64,000 nucleotides of DNA from Octopus vulgaris (GCA_951406725.2 OX597814.1:19096001-19160000); one strand, 5' to 3'. Counted from the first letter of the stretch, positions 12,315 to 27,830 are shown. Notes: generated from the sequence alone by a model not told the origin. Translations and numbers: made by a program.

Positions 12315-12786
12315 ATACACATATATATGTATACGTATATGCATGTATTTATATCTGTATATACACAGGCACACAGAGCGACACACAGGCACACACACAC
12401 TCTCACACACTCACACACACATACATACCTACACACTCCTATATTAGGTGTCACGTCAGCAATGATGGAGTAGTGTTACATTCTTGTAATAGTTTGCTAA
12501 GATTTAGTTTAGCGTCAAATATATTTCGTCAAAAGAAAACAGTTGATTTCACGTCGTATCAAAGTTTGTTATGTTAAAGCAAGCGTTCTCAACAGCCATA
12601 TTGCATGTCACAGACCTTACTAAATTCCACAAAAAAACGCATAGAATTATACAGATGCAGGGTTGATGAGTTGAGAGAATGTATGTCGATATATATGTTA
12701 CATATATGTGTTTGCGTGGGTGTGTATATATGTGATTCTACATATATATATATATATATATATACATATATTTGGGTCTATATATA

Positions 12787-12889
<103 letters not shown>

Positions 12890-12917
12890 ACATACATAGT
12901 TATACATGTATACAAAC

Positions 12918-12959
<42 letters not shown>

Positions 12960-13077
12960 TACACAAACGTGCCCCAAGCTTCGGCAAAAAACGCCTCAGT
13001 TCCTCAAAACGTTAATATTCTACGTGTTTCAAATAACTGAGACTTCAACACGAATACTACATAAACACACACACACG

Positions 13078-13144
<67 letters not shown>

Positions 13145-13961
13145 GCACACACATACACACGCACACGCACACACATGTATGCAGAGACTCGAGTTTTAGA
13201 ACGTACATTTCCCTGACTCAACAGTTGAAAAATAAGTACGGACGCATAAGATACTCTCTGGCTAAAAAAAAAATGTTAGTCACAATCAGAAACGACTTTG
13301 GTCATAGATCTGTTCGATTTTGGCTTACCTGGGGCTAATTAATAACATTATCTCGCATATAATATCCAGCATTCAAATTTGAAAAACCATATCGCTTCTT
13401 AAATTCGTGGAATACCTTATCCATGTTCTTCGTTTGTCTTCTATTTCGTATTTATTTCTTAATACATGTATACATACGTACATGTGTTTGTGTATGCGTG
13501 TGAGCGTGTGTACGTGTGTGGAGGTTGTGGGGGAGGAGCGTGTGTTCGCGTTTTTTAAACTCTTTTGTAATTATCTATATAATGTATGTGAAAGGTGTCG
13601 ATATCTTGTTAGTCAATTTTTTTACGTGGAAAGACTACGTGATAATTTCGGGCGTTACGAGGATGTTGCTCTCTACCAGAAGCTAGATAATGAATTTGAG
13701 GCGGCTTTGTGATGCTATAACATGATTGGGTAAGCTAGGATGCCTGAATATGTAAATTCACCCAACAACTATCATTCTTATTGACGACCCTCTAAGTCTC
13801 GGAAGAAAATGATAATACACATAAAGTTATGTCCTTAGGTCCGTCTAAGTGTAAACACATTCTTACTATTCGTATTGGTTACTTACTATTCATATGTGAG
13901 AGTTAATCATGCAATGGTAAATGCATGGTAAATGCAGGGTTAATCATGCAATGGTAAATGG

Positions 13962-14193
13962 AAGGTGGCGAGCTGGCAGAAACGTTAGCACGCCGGGCGA
14001 AGTGCTTAGCGGTATTTCGTCTGCGTTACGTTGTGTGTTCGAATTCCGCCGAGGTCGACTTTGCCTTTCATTCTTTCGGGGTCGATAAATTAAGTACCAG
14101 TTACGCATTAGGGTCGATGTAATCGACTTAATACCTATGTCTGTCCTTGTTTGTCCCCTCTATGTTTTTCCCCTTGTGGGTAATAAAGAAATA
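13962..14193 (+). mobile_element. SINE family D monomer
   Basis: Full head and body; GGTAAATGCATGG present upstream (13916) and downstream (14194). Confidence 0.9.
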
Positions 14194-14989
14194 GGTAAAT
14201 GCATGGCTATGCTTGGGCAAGGGTTTTTGAGCAAGTAAGGTATGCAAATAATCCTTCTACACGTTATTGCGCCGGGCAAAATGCTTAACGACATTTCGTC
14301 CGACTCTGAGTATGTCTTTCATGCTTTCTGGATCGATAAAATGAGTACCAGTTGAACACTGGGATCGATGCCATGGACTTACCCTTTCACCCGAAATTGC
14401 TTGTGCCAAAATTTTATAATCAATATTCATCCAATGGAAAGGCCATCGCATAGGAGCCGATACAAGGATGACCTTTGTCACCTGCAAGTGTTGTTCAAAG
14501 GATGGAAACTAGTATCGAATGTTATCTCAACAGATAAACGAGATGTTCTCACAATCCACCGCTTTGGGCTGGTTATGTTTTTATATCGCCTCCGCGACAA
14601 TGATAAAACAAAGTTGACTTCGGCGTGTCGGAACAAATACTACTAGGTATTGTACCCACTGCTTTAACATGCTAAACATACCTTCATCCGTTTGTTAGAT
14701 GCTCATTATTGTGAGTGTTATACTTTTGACTTGCATTCTTCTGGATATAATGTCTAATTTATAAGCAAAAACCTAACATTTTGAGAGAGAGTTAATCGAT
14801 ATTATCGATTCTAGTACTTGATTGGTTCTTTATTTTATCGAACCCGAAGCGATAAAATGCAGAAGTGATCTCGTGTGAATTTGAACTCAGTGGCGCAGAG
14901 TGTCACAACCAATCCAGGAGATGTTCTCGTCAACACAATATCGTATTTGTCAATTCGCTGCCTATTCGTCGTGCTCTATGCCAGTGAAA

Positions 14990-15407
14990 AAGGCGGCGAG
15001 CTGGCAGAAACGTTAGCACGCCGGGCGAAATGCGTAGCCGTATTTCGTCTGACGCTACGTTCTGAGTTAAAATCTCCGCCGAGGTTGACTTTGTCTTTCA
15101 TACTTTCGGGGGCGATTAAATAAGTACTAGTTACGCACTGGAACAATATAATCGACTTAATCCGTTTGTCTGTCCTTGCTTGTCCTCTCTGTGTTTAGTC
15201 CCTTGTGGGTAGTAAAGAAATAGGTATTTCGAATGACGTTACGTTCTGAGTTCAAATTCCGCCGAGATCGACTTTGACTTTCATCATTTCGGGGTCGATA
15301 AATAAAGTACCAGTTTCGCACTGGGGTCGATGTAATCGACTTTATCCCTTTGTCTGTCCTTGTTTGACCCCTCTATGTTTAGCTCCGTGTGGATAGTAAA
15401 GAAATAT
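14990..15407 (+). mobile_element. SINE family D dimer
   Basis: One head and two bodies joined at AAAGAAATA|GGTATTTCG. Confidence 0.9.
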
Positions 15408-16056
15408 ATATATATACCAGTGAAAAATGACAAAAATAACGAATAGAAATGCAGTCGAGACACGCTTGAAAACAAAGCTGACTGCGATGCGATATGAGCT
15501 TAGAAACTGACCGAACTAAATGCCACACACTACAGAGTTTGTTAATCCACCGCCATTTTTCCTGGTTTTCAACAAAGGCATAACAGAAAAAAATTGATGT
15601 TGGTTATAATCAATTTTACTGAGCTCCAATGGATGACTTAATTATTTTATCGACTTATGAATCATAAAAAGGTAAAGTTGACACTGGTAAGCTTCGGATA
15701 CAGTATGTAACTGATTCCGCCGATCCGGTGATGACATCCGCTTCAACATTTCATTTTATCTAAACCAAGAATTTAGCTTCGACAGGAATTGAACTCGATA
15801 TGCAAATTACCGTCTCTAAACATTAAAACATATTTTGCTTTTCGCGATTATCATTCTTCCGATTCACCTCTAATGTTAGTAAATATAAGAAGTATATCAA
15901 TAAGCTAAACTATTGTTTTATTACACTAGCATAAAGAAAAAAACATTTAGGGAAGAATAAGATGAAAACTTTCAAGACAGAAGTGAAAGGATTACATGCA
16001 CTTCATAGCGAATTCTGTTAAATTCCGATTTTGCAATGTACGCTTAGTATGATTTC

Positions 16057-16472
<416 letters not shown>

Positions 16473-16794
16473 AGTAATAAATACTTCTCTCCAAAGAACG
16501 AGATACAATGCCAGCCTTTGAATGCTCTGCTCATATATATATACCCTCAGCTGTATACACGAATTGAGGAGTGATACATCACTTCACGCTAGAGATGGAG
16601 ATTGTAAGATAATGTGCAATTTTTTTTTAATGGTGGTGGTGTGGTCGACGGTGTTGGGAATAATGGCGATGATGGTGGGGATGATGGTGGACAGGGTTAT
16701 GGTGGTGCTGAATGTTGTTTGGCGTTGATGGTAGTGGCGAGTGGAGTTCTTTGAGGTGCTATTGTTGCTGTTACTGTTGTTTTAGCTGTTCTTT

Positions 16795-16826
<32 letters not shown>

Positions 16827-17115
16827 ATTGTTGTTGTTGTTGCTGTTCGTCTTCTTCTTCTTTTTCTTCTTCTCCTTCTTCTTCTTCTCCTCCTCCTACA
16901 CCTCCTCCTCCTTCTTCTTCTTCTTCTTCTTCTCCTCCTCCTCCTACGCCTCCTCCTTCTTCTTCTTCTTCTTCTCCTCTTCCTCCTCCTCCTACGCCTC
17001 CTCCTTCTTCTTCGTCTTCTTAACGTGTGATAGAGGTGTAGGAGTTAGTAGGATAGTGACGGATGGGGGGAGGGGCAGCAATAATGGAGAAGTGATTTAC
17101 TTGATGGTGATGATG

Positions 17116-17151
<36 letters not shown>

Positions 17152-17281
17152 GGTGTGATGCTAGCGGTTTGGTTACTCTGCATATGCATGCATTTTTCTG
17201 TATATGTTTGTGTGTGTGTGAGAGAGAGAGAGAGAGAAGAGTGTGTGTGTGAGTGAGAGAAAGAAGAAGAGTGTGTGTATA

Positions 17282-17338
<57 letters not shown>

Positions 17339-17565
17339 ATGATACTGACATTTGATTGTGGTGGTAGTGTTGGTGGGGAGCGTCGGTTAGAATGGTAAGG
17401 GATGGTGCTGGAGATGCTTGGAGTGATGACATTCGTAGAAGTTTGAGGCAGGACCAGAGTAATGGCGGTGGCGCTACCGATTCCAGCGGTGACGAGAGCT
17501 GTTCTGTGATTGTTGATGTAATGATGGAGTCAGTGAAGTAGTTGAATGCGTTCGTTACTGATCCC

Positions 17566-17623
<58 letters not shown>

Positions 17624-17655
17624 CACCAGCACCAGCACCACCATCACCACCACTG

Positions 17656-17708
<53 letters not shown>

Positions 17709-17890
17709 GGTGCAGCTGCTACTTTCGTAGACCTAGAAGCACTTCATATAATCCGCCAGACTTTGTGTAACTTGTGCTTGTAATGTCCTGGTTCATCCGA
17801 GGTTCTTGTGGCAAATAAAGAAGCTCTTGTTATAATAATAATAACAACAACAACAACAATAATAATAACAATAACAACAACAATAATAAG

Positions 17891-17946
<56 letters not shown>

Positions 17947-18099
17947 TAATAATAATAAATGCCCTGATGCAGTTCCAGACAGTGGCTCTCGTAGCTTCTG
18001 ATCTTAACTGATTGGAAGTGTTATCATGTACGTTGTTTTGTTTTGGTATCAAAAGATGGGCTTCAGCAAATATTCTGCTCAATACCACAGATTTGTTTA

Positions 18100-18645
18100 C
18101 ACACACAAGTTTGGCTACTGTCGTTTTTTAAGACGTTAGCCTGGTAGCTTCTTGTAGGTAGGCATTGATCTTGGGCTGCTATGATAAACCCTTTTGTCTT
18201 TGATTTTAGGCCAGAAGACAACCATTGATGGGTAAGGGCTTTGTCAACATCGGCATTATTATATCTGTTTAGGTATTTGCCATTCAAAAATTTTTCTTGC
18301 CATTTATCAGTTTCAGCACGGATTTTCATACGCTTAGCTTTTTCTGTACATGTTTCCAGTACGTCAAATTCTGGCATTTTCTGTATATGGAATTCTCTTA
18401 TATATTTCTTGTTTTGTTACTGAGTATGATGTTTTCTTGTTTTCATGCTTTCAGACAAGTTTTAACATCCACCCATCAGAGTTTTTCAAGTAAGTGCTTA
18501 GGCCAATTGTGACAATCTACATTTTTAATTCCAGTTGTAAAAGGCCACAACCACCCTCTTTTCTTGACATGTAAAGTCGTTCTATATTTGTCTTATTGAG
18601 CGCATTCTACGAATTGTCAACAATTTTCGTATTTTTCTATCAAGA
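18100..18645 (-). mobile_element. R4/Dong-clade non-LTR retrotransposon fragment (region C-terminal to the RT core), copy 1
   Basis: Peptide WQEKFLNGKY...HQWLSSGLKSKTKGFIIAAQDQCLPTRSY; frameshifted. Confidence 0.8.
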
Positions 18646-19215
18646 TTACAGATTGCCATAGAGAGGTTTTTCTTGCCATTTATCATTCAGAATATCTAAG
18701 GCAGCAGTTTTAGCACGGGTTTTCATGCGCTTAGCTTTTTCTGTGCTTGTTTCTTGTATGTCTAATTCCGAAATTTGTTGTATTCGGAATTCACTTAGAT
18801 ATTCCTTTGCCTGTTTTGTTACTGAGTATGATGCTTTCTTGTTTTCATGTTTTGAGACAAGTTTTAACATCCAGTCCTCAGAGTTTTTCAGGAAGGTGTC
18901 TAGGCCAATTGTAGTAATCTTCATTGTTATTGCCAGTTGTAAAAGTCCACGGCCTCCCTCTTTTCTTGGCAGATAAAGTCGTTCTGTATCTGCCTTGGGG
19001 TGGTGCATTCTATGCATTCTCAACAGTTTTCGTATTTTTCTGTCAAGATTACATATTTCAGTAATTGACCAGTTAACGATATTGAAACTGTAAGTCACGA
19101 CTGGTATGGGTAAAATATTGATCGCTTCGATCCTGTTTCTTGCGCTCAGCTCTATCTTGAGTAATGCCCTTGACCTGCGATAACATTCTTTTCTGCTCTT
19201 TTCCCTCATCATTCA
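18646..19215 (-). mobile_element. R4/Dong-clade non-LTR retrotransposon fragment, copy 2
   Basis: 188-aa ORF: ELSARNRIEAINILPIPVVTYSF..W....LDRKIRKLL..RMHHPKADTERLYLPRKEGGRGL...WQEKPLYG. Confidence 0.85.
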
Positions 19216-19217
19216 AT

Positions 19218-19412
19218 GTTTAGCATGCTGGGCAAAATACTTAGTAGTATTTCGCCCGTCTTTACGTTCTGTGGTCAAATTCCACCGAAGGCGATTTTGC
19301 TTTCATCCTTTTAGGGTCGATAAATTAAGAACCAGTTTCGCACTGGGGTCGATGTAATTGACTGGTCCCCTCCTCCAAAATTTCAGGCCTTGTGCGTATT
19401 GTAGCAAATATA
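19218..19412 (+). mobile_element. Divergent SINE D-related element with an alternative tail
   Basis: Shares TTTGCTTTCATCCTTTTAGGGTCGATAAATTAAG..CTGGGGTCGATGTAAT; tail like 22910-23125. Confidence 0.7.
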
Positions 19413-19439
19413 TTCTTCTTCTTCTTCTTCTTCTTCTTC

Positions 19440-19521
<82 letters not shown>

Positions 19522-19929
19522 CATTATTATTATTATCATTATTATTATTGAGAGAGCAGTGCATGCCATCAATGTGACACTGAGGTAAAATATACGAAGT
19601 CCAGTATACCCATCATGACTACCCGTCTGATAAGGGTACACTAGGCACATGCATCAGAACCATATGTGCGCGACATGGTGATCTCATATCAAGATAAACA
19701 GTACATGACCTTGCAGATGGGGACCAGATAGAATTTTCTTCTGGTCGAGTAACCAATCCCGCTCAAATGGTCCCTAAATAAGGGCTGTTTAAAGGTTATT
19801 ATTATTATTATTATTATTATTCCGTAGTTTTATTTTTATAGCGTGCTTTCACTTCACTACCGAGCGCAGCTCTGTGTGCCTTGGGTATGTGCTGTGATTT
19901 GTTGTGATGCTCTGATGGTTATTGTATGG

Positions 19930-19996
<67 letters not shown>

Positions 19997-19997
<1 letters not shown>

Positions 19998-20410
19998 TTA
20001 AAATAAAATATGGTCCGCTGTCTTCAGCTGAACCGGGGTCATCCCTTGACCCTAGGATCACAGCAGGTCCTCATCTCAAGGAGAGTTCACGGCATAAAAT
20101 GTGTGCGGAACCTAGCAACACTCTTTTCTGAAGTTCTCCCACGTTAACGCTGTAAGAGAGTTTGTTGAGCTGCTTATCAAGGCCCTTTTTAATTAGCTCT
20201 AACGCTCCAATCACCCCTAGTGCCGTGCTGACTTTCATTCCTCACATATTGGTCACTTCTATTTCTAGGTCTTTGTACTTAAATAACTTCTCAACTTCTT
20301 TCATGGACACATTTCTCTCAGATGATACTGTCACATCTATCATTAAGCATTTCTTATTCTTCCCATATTTGATCATTATGTCCTGCCTGTTTGCCTTATC
20401 TTTTCCGGTC
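19997..20410 (-). mobile_element. R4/Dong 3' end with restriction-like endonuclease domain
   Basis: Minus-strand KANRQDIMI...CLMIDVTVSSERNVSMKEVEKLFKYKDLEIEV...VIGAL...LQKRVLLGSAHILCREL*, then 3' UTR into (TAA)n. Confidence 0.85.
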
Positions 20411-20429
20411 AGGGTTTTTTACTATTATT

Positions 20430-20662
20430 TTTTTCTTCTGTCTTCAAATTTTCTTCCATTTCTCGCCGAGTGTTTTCCGTACACCTAGGGCAGAGAAGCT
20501 TATTGTATGCATTCCCAGATTACACACGCAAATTCACAGGTAAAATATGTATTATAAATAAATAATAAATTCATGAATGGGTGTTGTTTTCAAAGCGATA
20601 AAGTTCTTCTCGGTACGTGATTCGTTCCAGTTAACACGATTTTTTGCATTCTTGTAGGGATG
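20430..20662 (-). mobile_element. R4/Dong 3' end fragment (different family)
   Basis: Frameshifted PSLQE..K.VLTGTNHVPRRTLSL-like C-terminus plus 3' UTR; adjacent to TTA repeats. Confidence 0.55.
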
Positions 20663-20719
<57 letters not shown>

Positions 20720-20721
<2 letters not shown>

Positions 20722-21026
20722 TCATGTTTGACTTTTGCTTTACATTTGTACAAGTTGACTCCAAGTCTCACCCAGAGACCTCAAGAGACAACAAGTAGGA
20801 AGTTCATGTTGGTGTTATGCATAGGGTGGCATATATTTGGTTTTGTGCACAGTATTATTCTAGAGAATGTTTAAGAAACCATAAGAAAATTATGTTTGTT
20901 TAAAACTTGAGATTACATAGAAAGTATTTTGCATAGGATATGAGCAGTTCCCATGAGCACTATCTTTTGAATTTCTGCCATTTTGGGGTTTCCTGTTATC
21001 TGACCTAAGTAGCAATCAGCCCCTTT
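20720..21026 (-). mobile_element. R4/Dong 3' end fragment flanked by (TTA)n on both sides
   Basis: Minus-strand KGADCYLGQITGNPKMAEIQKIVLMGTAHILCKILSM*. Confidence 0.8.
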
Positions 21027-21038
21027 ATTATTATTATG

Positions 21039-21155
<117 letters not shown>

Positions 21156-21564
21156 GCTGGTAGAATCGTTAAAACGCTGAGCAAAATGCTTTGCGACATT
21201 TCGTCGGCTTTGATCTTCCGAGTAAAATCAGAGTAATCCTGGATCTTTGGTGTTCCTTGGTTTGATGTATATACATTTATCGTATTCCACCGTCTTTTCC
21301 ATTTGTTTCTCCTCACCTTTAAAGTAATTCCCCGCACAAACTATTGTTTGTCTTTGTGGTGTACTCCCTCATCTAACCCCTGTGGCTAATAAGTGAAATC
21401 ATCTCTATCATTGTTATTGTCGTTGTTGATGTCACTGTTGCCATTATAAATATTTTTGTTGTTGTAGTAGTAGTAGTAGCAGTAGTAGTAGCAGCAGTAG
21501 TAGCAGCAGTAGTAGTAGTAGAGGTAGTAGAGGTAGTAGAGGTAGTAGTAGTAGTAGTAGTAGT

Positions 21565-21647
<83 letters not shown>

Positions 21648-21800
21648 AGGTAGTAGTAGTAGTTGTAGTGGTGGTGTCGGCGGCGGGGGCGGTAGTATTT
21701 TCGCGTTCATACCACCTTGTTCTTGCTGGTGTTCTTATGGTCGTGCATGTTTTTGGTATCATCTTTTTTCTTTCGCAGTTTGTAGCTACTGATGTAATTT

Positions 21801-21861
<61 letters not shown>

Positions 21862-22326
21862 ATATATATATCTTCGATGGTAGTTTTTTAAAAATATATT
21901 TTGTAGTTATTGTTGTTGTTTGTTTTTGCATTGAAACACAGCAGAGATATGTGTGTGTAGTTGTTAAAGATTCTCTAAGAAACGAGTGCCATAACCCAAA
22001 GACAAGAATCACTGTTGACAGCTTTGCGAAAACATAGAAATGTTCTTTGAGCATTGAATAGAAGTAGTGTTTATGAAGATAGTTTCACGCTAACATACAT
22101 AAGTATAGATACAGGCGCATTTACGCACATATAGGCATATGTCGTGAGTGAGCTACATATATTTATATTCTGAACCAGAAGTATAGTTATACTCGTATAC
22201 ATACGTATACTACGGATACACGTGTATAAATGTGCGTGTGCATCAACATACACACGCACACATTTTAGACACACATACACACTCATATATATATATATAT
22301 GTATATATACACATATATACATATAC

Positions 22327-22385
<59 letters not shown>

Positions 22386-22479
22386 GTCCCGGGTTGAGTC
22401 GGGGTTAACTACAGTAAATAAAGTACTCAATACATAGCAGAGTAAATTAATTCTAGTCCTGTAGAAGCTCCTTCTATAA

Positions 22480-22515
<36 letters not shown>

Positions 22516-22907
22516 GCGTATATATATGTTTATATATATATATATATATATACGCACACAGAAAGAGGGGTTGAATTCGCGGTCGCCCCACTACTTGTAC
22601 GACTTTTAGCAACATGTTCTCTAAGTTACTTTATGGCTAATTCATCAGTTTATATGTAAACTTATGAATATATTGGATGTAAATATATATTATATATATA
22701 TGCATTTCGTTTTTCTTTACGTGTGAATAGTGATGTAATATGTATTATGTAACTAACTTGATCATGAAACAGCTGTTAACTAATGGAATAAACATCTATT
22801 CTCTCGTTTCACTTCTCTGATACATACATATATACATACATTGGATCTAATTAGCATATTTTTTTCTTCTCTTGGGTCATCATTAATTAAGCAATATATA
22901 GTTAAAG

Positions 22908-23125
22908 TAAGGTGGCGTGCAGGCAGAAAGGTTAGCACAACGGGCGGAATGATTAGCGGCATTTCGTCTGTGTCTATGTTCTGAGTTCGAATTCCGCTGA
23001 GATCGACTTTGCCTTTAATTCATTTGGGGTCGAAAAATAAGTACCAGTTTCCTACTGGAGTCGATCTAATCGACTGGCCTCCCGCCCCCAAAATTTCGAG
23101 CCTTGTGCCTTGAGTAGAAAAGAAT
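22908..23125 (+). mobile_element. SINE D-related variant
   Basis: AAGGTGGCGTGCAGGCAGAAAGGTTAGCAC head, GAGTTCGAATTCC box, alternative tail. Confidence 0.75.
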
Positions 23126-23461
23126 GTATATTTTAAGTTCAATAGCCTTAATTAGAACGCTGAGATAGTTTCCACAGTCTAAAATCATAGAAGGTATTCG
23201 TTGACATTTGTCTTACGTTAACCATAGCTAGATTTGTCTTCTGATTCACAGTGCATTATTCTTAAGATATATATTGATTTATTGACGCAGGCCTTCAAAG
23301 GGGCAAATTTAAAATGTACGCTATCTCCTTATATACTAGTATATTTTGTATCTTATATATTTTCCAAACTGATTTTATTTATTTCATTCATTGGACAGCG
23401 ACCATGCTGGTACAATGCACAGAGTATACTGAATATGCATAAATACATGGTGGTTGTCTAG

Positions 23462-23750
23462 TGAAGGTGTCTGGCGCAGTGGTTAGAGCCTCGAACTTAC
23501 GACCGTGAGGTTGTGAGTTCGAATCTCGGAGCGAGCTGCATGTTGTGTTATTGAGCAAGACACTTTATTTCACGTTGCTCCAGTTCACTCAGCTGTAGAA
23601 ATGAGTTGCGACGTCACTGGTGCCAGGCCGTATCGGCCTTTGCCTTTCCCTTGGATAACATCGGTGGCGTGGAGAGTGGAGGCTGGTATGCATGGGTGAA
23701 GGGTCACTTTCTTGCTGCAATACCATGGTCATTCGTTACCGAAGGGGGTC
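23462..23750 (+). mobile_element. tRNA-derived SINE family B
   Basis: TGGCGCAGTGG A box, GTTCGAATC B box, central TTGAGCAAGACACTT block; homologous to 56986. Confidence 0.85.
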
Positions 23751-23754
23751 TCCG

Positions 23755-25135
23755 ACATGGTGGTTGTCTACTCCTTCTACAGAGTTTGACCACCTCCTGT
23801 ACCTACACCTTAGCATCATCATGACGTCTGTGGTAGCTTTTTACACCAGATAATGTTCTAAAAAGACACCACATAGATTGTACCTCTAATTTGGACAAAC
23901 CAATACCTGCAGGTAAGTTCTTCTCTTTGTGGATCTTAATACGTCTTTTGAGGCCTCCGTTGGATTTGCAAATCTTCTGGCATACACTGCATTCAAACGT
24001 GTGCACAGACATATAGGCAGAATAGTTGGTGGAGATTCGTGTTCCATGCATTCATCTTCTCGATCGTTGCATTCTTCCTTAGATCTCTTTTAAGTCTTAC
24101 TTGTGTTATCCTGGCCTCTTCAAATGCTTTTACTCCACTCCACACCTTTGTTCTCCATTCACCTCGATCGGAAGCAAGCGTTTCTGTATCCCTGAAACAA
24201 TCCCAAGTGACTTCGTAGTAGTCTTTATGCCGTCCTTAAACCCTTTTTTTAAGGTTTACGCCGATAGTGTTTCCTCTCAGCAAGCTCACCATAAAACTGC
24301 TGTTTCGATATGTGTTCATTTGCCACACCATCTCAATTTGTTCCTCAAAATCATAGCTTTGAGGTGATGCTTGAGATGCAAGGAAATCTGTGTTTGGAGT
24401 AAAAGAACCCCATTTAATTTTTAAAATGCGATGAAGGCATTTTTGGTGGAATTTTTCTAACAATTTAAAATATCTTTCGTAACAAGTCCAAATTTCACAG
24501 AGATGGTAAGACAAATGATTTGTAAAGAGCCAGCTTTGTATTCTTGTTTATATGTTGCTGGCACCAAACGCGTGTCTCCAAGCCACCAAATGTTTTAGAT
24601 GCACTTTGAATCAGCAGCTGTATTTCTGTATCAAGATTTCCATCATTTTGAACAGAGCTTCTAAGGTAGACGAACGAATCGACAACCTCAAGTAACTTTC
24701 CCTTAACAAAAATGTTAGTGAGGTTACAAACAACACCACACGCAGGTTGATGCATTACAACTGCTTTTTTCAAGTTGATGGTGAAGCCAAAATCCTCACA
24801 AGCTGAGTCAAATGCATATACAAGAGATTGCAGACCTGTTTCAGAATGACTGACAAGATCGCAATCGTCAGCATACAAAGTTTCCTAATGTGTGAACTAA
24901 AAACCTTCGTTTTGAATTTCAGTCTGGTTACATTAAAAACATTCCCTGTTATTCGATATTTTATGTAAAAACCCGCCTCAGTGTTTTGAAAAGCATGTGA
25001 CAATACAGCCTCAAAGTATATTGCAAAGAGGGTGGGTGCACCAAGGTCTCCTTGCTTTACTCATTTTCCACAGCAAAAGATTCAGAGAGCCTACCACCAA
25101 AATTAACTCATGAGTGCTACTGGTAACATGTTATC
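23755..25135 (-). mobile_element. RTE (BovB-like) LINE, 5'-truncated and frameshifted
   Basis: VKQGDLGAPTLFAIYF, YADDCDLV..SETGLQ, FGFTINLKK, CEIWT, LEKFHQKCLHRILKIKW, C-terminal CSVCQKICKSNGGL zinc finger. Confidence 0.9.
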
Positions 25136-25321
25136 CTGTACAACCTGTCGCATGGTCAGGTCGTCGGCGACTAAACTAGCAACTCCACCAGGCTTGCTTG
25201 GTGAGGAGGGTGGTGTTGGATACCCTATAGGATGAAAAATAAGACATGTCAAATGGCGGATGAACATACACACATAGACGCGCACATACATACATGCATA
25301 CATATGTGTGTGGGATGGGGG

Positions 25322-25630
25322 TGGCTGTGTGCTAGTGAGTGGACAAATTAATGAAGAGGTACTCAATACATTTTGTAGAAGTCATATTATTTAAAACAGT
25401 TTGATTTGGTCCCACTCGGCTTAAACTTTCGTAGGCTTCTTATAGGAAAGTAGCATATTGGGCTGTGATTCGACTACCTGACCTAGAATAGCTAGGTTCC
25501 TGTAATGAACCTACGGAACTTTAAGTTACATGGGGAAGAATCAAACTGTTTTAAATAACAAGGAATATAATTCCTATTAAATGAATTGAGTGCCCCTTTC
25601 TGTCGTTTGTCCATTCATTAGCATGGCCAC
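25322..25630. mobile_element. Diverged fold-back element (~310 bp) with hammerhead remnant
   Basis: TTATTTAAAACAGTTTGATT is inverted to AATCAAACTGTTTTAAATAA; outer GCTAGTGAGTGGACAAA is inverted to TTTGTCCATTCATTAGC; related to 11486-11600. Confidence 0.6.
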
Positions 25631-25906
25631 AACATTTGGGATGAAACGTATAAAAGAATTAAAGAATATATGCTTTTACGTGTGCATATATGTTTGTACG
25701 TACCCAGCAGGTTCACAAAGCCTTTAGAATTGAGCTGAAGGCAATATTTGAAATATGTGACGTGGCATGACGTCACCCTTACCGGAGACACACACCCAAG
25801 GCCATCAACTTCGTAGTTTCCGTTGCAGCTATCCATGTCAGGTTTTACAGCTTTTTTCAGTGATCAGAAAACATTGAGCAGGAGTCAAGATGTCGGTGTT
25901 TTGATA

Positions 25907-26139
25907 AGGCGGGGAGCTGGCAGAGAGGTTAGCACGTCGGACGAATTGCTTAGTGGTATTTCGTCTGCCGCTACGTTCTGAGTTCAAATTCCGCCGAGGT
26001 CGACTTTGCCTTTATTCCTTTCGGGGTCGATTAAATAAGTACCAGTTACGCAATGGGGTCGATATAATCGACTTAATCCGTTTGTCTGTCCTTGCTTGTC
26101 CACTCTCTGTTTAGCCCCTTTGTGGGTAGTAAAGAAATA
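25907..26139 (+). mobile_element. SINE family D monomer
   Basis: TSD GGT(G/A)TTTTGATA (25895-25906 and 26140-26151). Confidence 0.9.
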
Positions 26140-26612
26140 GGTATTTTGATACCGAGCATGAAGTGTCATAATACACGCTACTCTTTTCCAATATTCAGAC
26201 GGCTTCCTGACATCCAAGACAGCCTAACAAACGGTGTTGGTGGGTTTATGTCCACGTGACTTAGAGACTCACCATAAGAGCCCGATGCATTATGTATTAG
26301 CACTGCAGTTTATTCATTCAAATAGAATTCTTGAAGAGGGTACCCTGACATGGGCACTGACTAATGAAGGAAACAAGTAAAACAAAAAACATAACCGATA
26401 CTTACATATATATTCATGTGTGTGTGTGTGTGTGTATGTATATGTATATAATGCACGCACGCACACACACGCGCGCACAGATATGCAGCCACAGGGTTTT
26501 GTTATTTTGTAATTCAAGATACTTTTTGTATTGTATGTTACACCCTTGTGGCCAATAAGAAATTTATCATTCTTGGTATTTTTCTAATTTAGACGATGTT
26601 ATTGTGGATATT

Positions 26613-26633
26613 TTAATAATAATAATAATAATA

Positions 26634-26669
<36 letters not shown>

Positions 26670-26920
26670 GTTATTATTATTATTACTATTATTATTGTTA
26701 TTATTTTTATTATTATTATTATTTTTTATTATTACTATTCTTATTGTTATTATTATTATTATTTTTATTATTATTACTATTATTATTATTATTATTATTA
26801 ATATTATTATTAATATTATTATTATTATCATTCTCATTACTATTATTATTATTATGATTATTATTATTATTATCATTATTATTATTGTTATTATTATTAT
26901 AGTTGTTATTATTATCATCA

Positions 26921-26965
<45 letters not shown>

Positions 26966-27237
26966 TCATTATTATTATTATTATTATTACTATTATTAAT
27001 ATTATTATGGTCATGCGTACGTTTTGATACACATATTTATATATAAACATGAAAGATGAATAGATAAACAAAGAAATACATAATAACACTGTATTTGTTT
27101 ATTGACCTTTGGGGGAATAAACTGTTTATTCTTCTCTCCTGTTTGTTGCTTTAACACTGGGTGTTTTGTTTAGCTTTATATAGATATATGCACAGATATA
27201 GACCTCCGGCAAGAGAAATATATGCAGTAGTAGCAGC

Positions 27238-27293
<56 letters not shown>

Positions 27294-27303
27294 CAGCAGC
27301 AGC

Positions 27304-27357
<54 letters not shown>

Positions 27358-27367
27358 GGTGGTGGTG

Positions 27368-27414
<47 letters not shown>

Positions 27415-27504
27415 GGTCGTCGTCGTCATCGTCGTAGTACGCATATGTATACATGCATATAATACATATATATGCATGTATATATAAACAAACACTCACA
27501 TATA

Positions 27505-27562
<58 letters not shown>

Positions 27563-27830
27563 GTTTGTAAATATATATACGTATGTATATATATATATAA
27601 GTGTGTGTGTGCTTGTTAATATATATATACATACATGTGTGTTTGTGTGTGTGTTGCTCGTTTAAAATGTTTTCCTAGGTGGTGGCGGTAGTAGTAGCAG
27701 TAGTAGTTGTAGTTGTAGTAGTAGTAGTAGTAGTAGTACGCATATGTATACATGCATATAATACATATATATGCATGTATATATAAACAAACACTCACAC
27801 ACATATATATTTATATATATATATATATAT
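26613..27830. repeat. Compound (TTA)n, (TAG/TGG)n and (TA)n microsatellite block with local duplication
   Basis: Direct reading; TACGCATATGTATACATGCATATAATAC at 27438 and 27737. Confidence 0.9.
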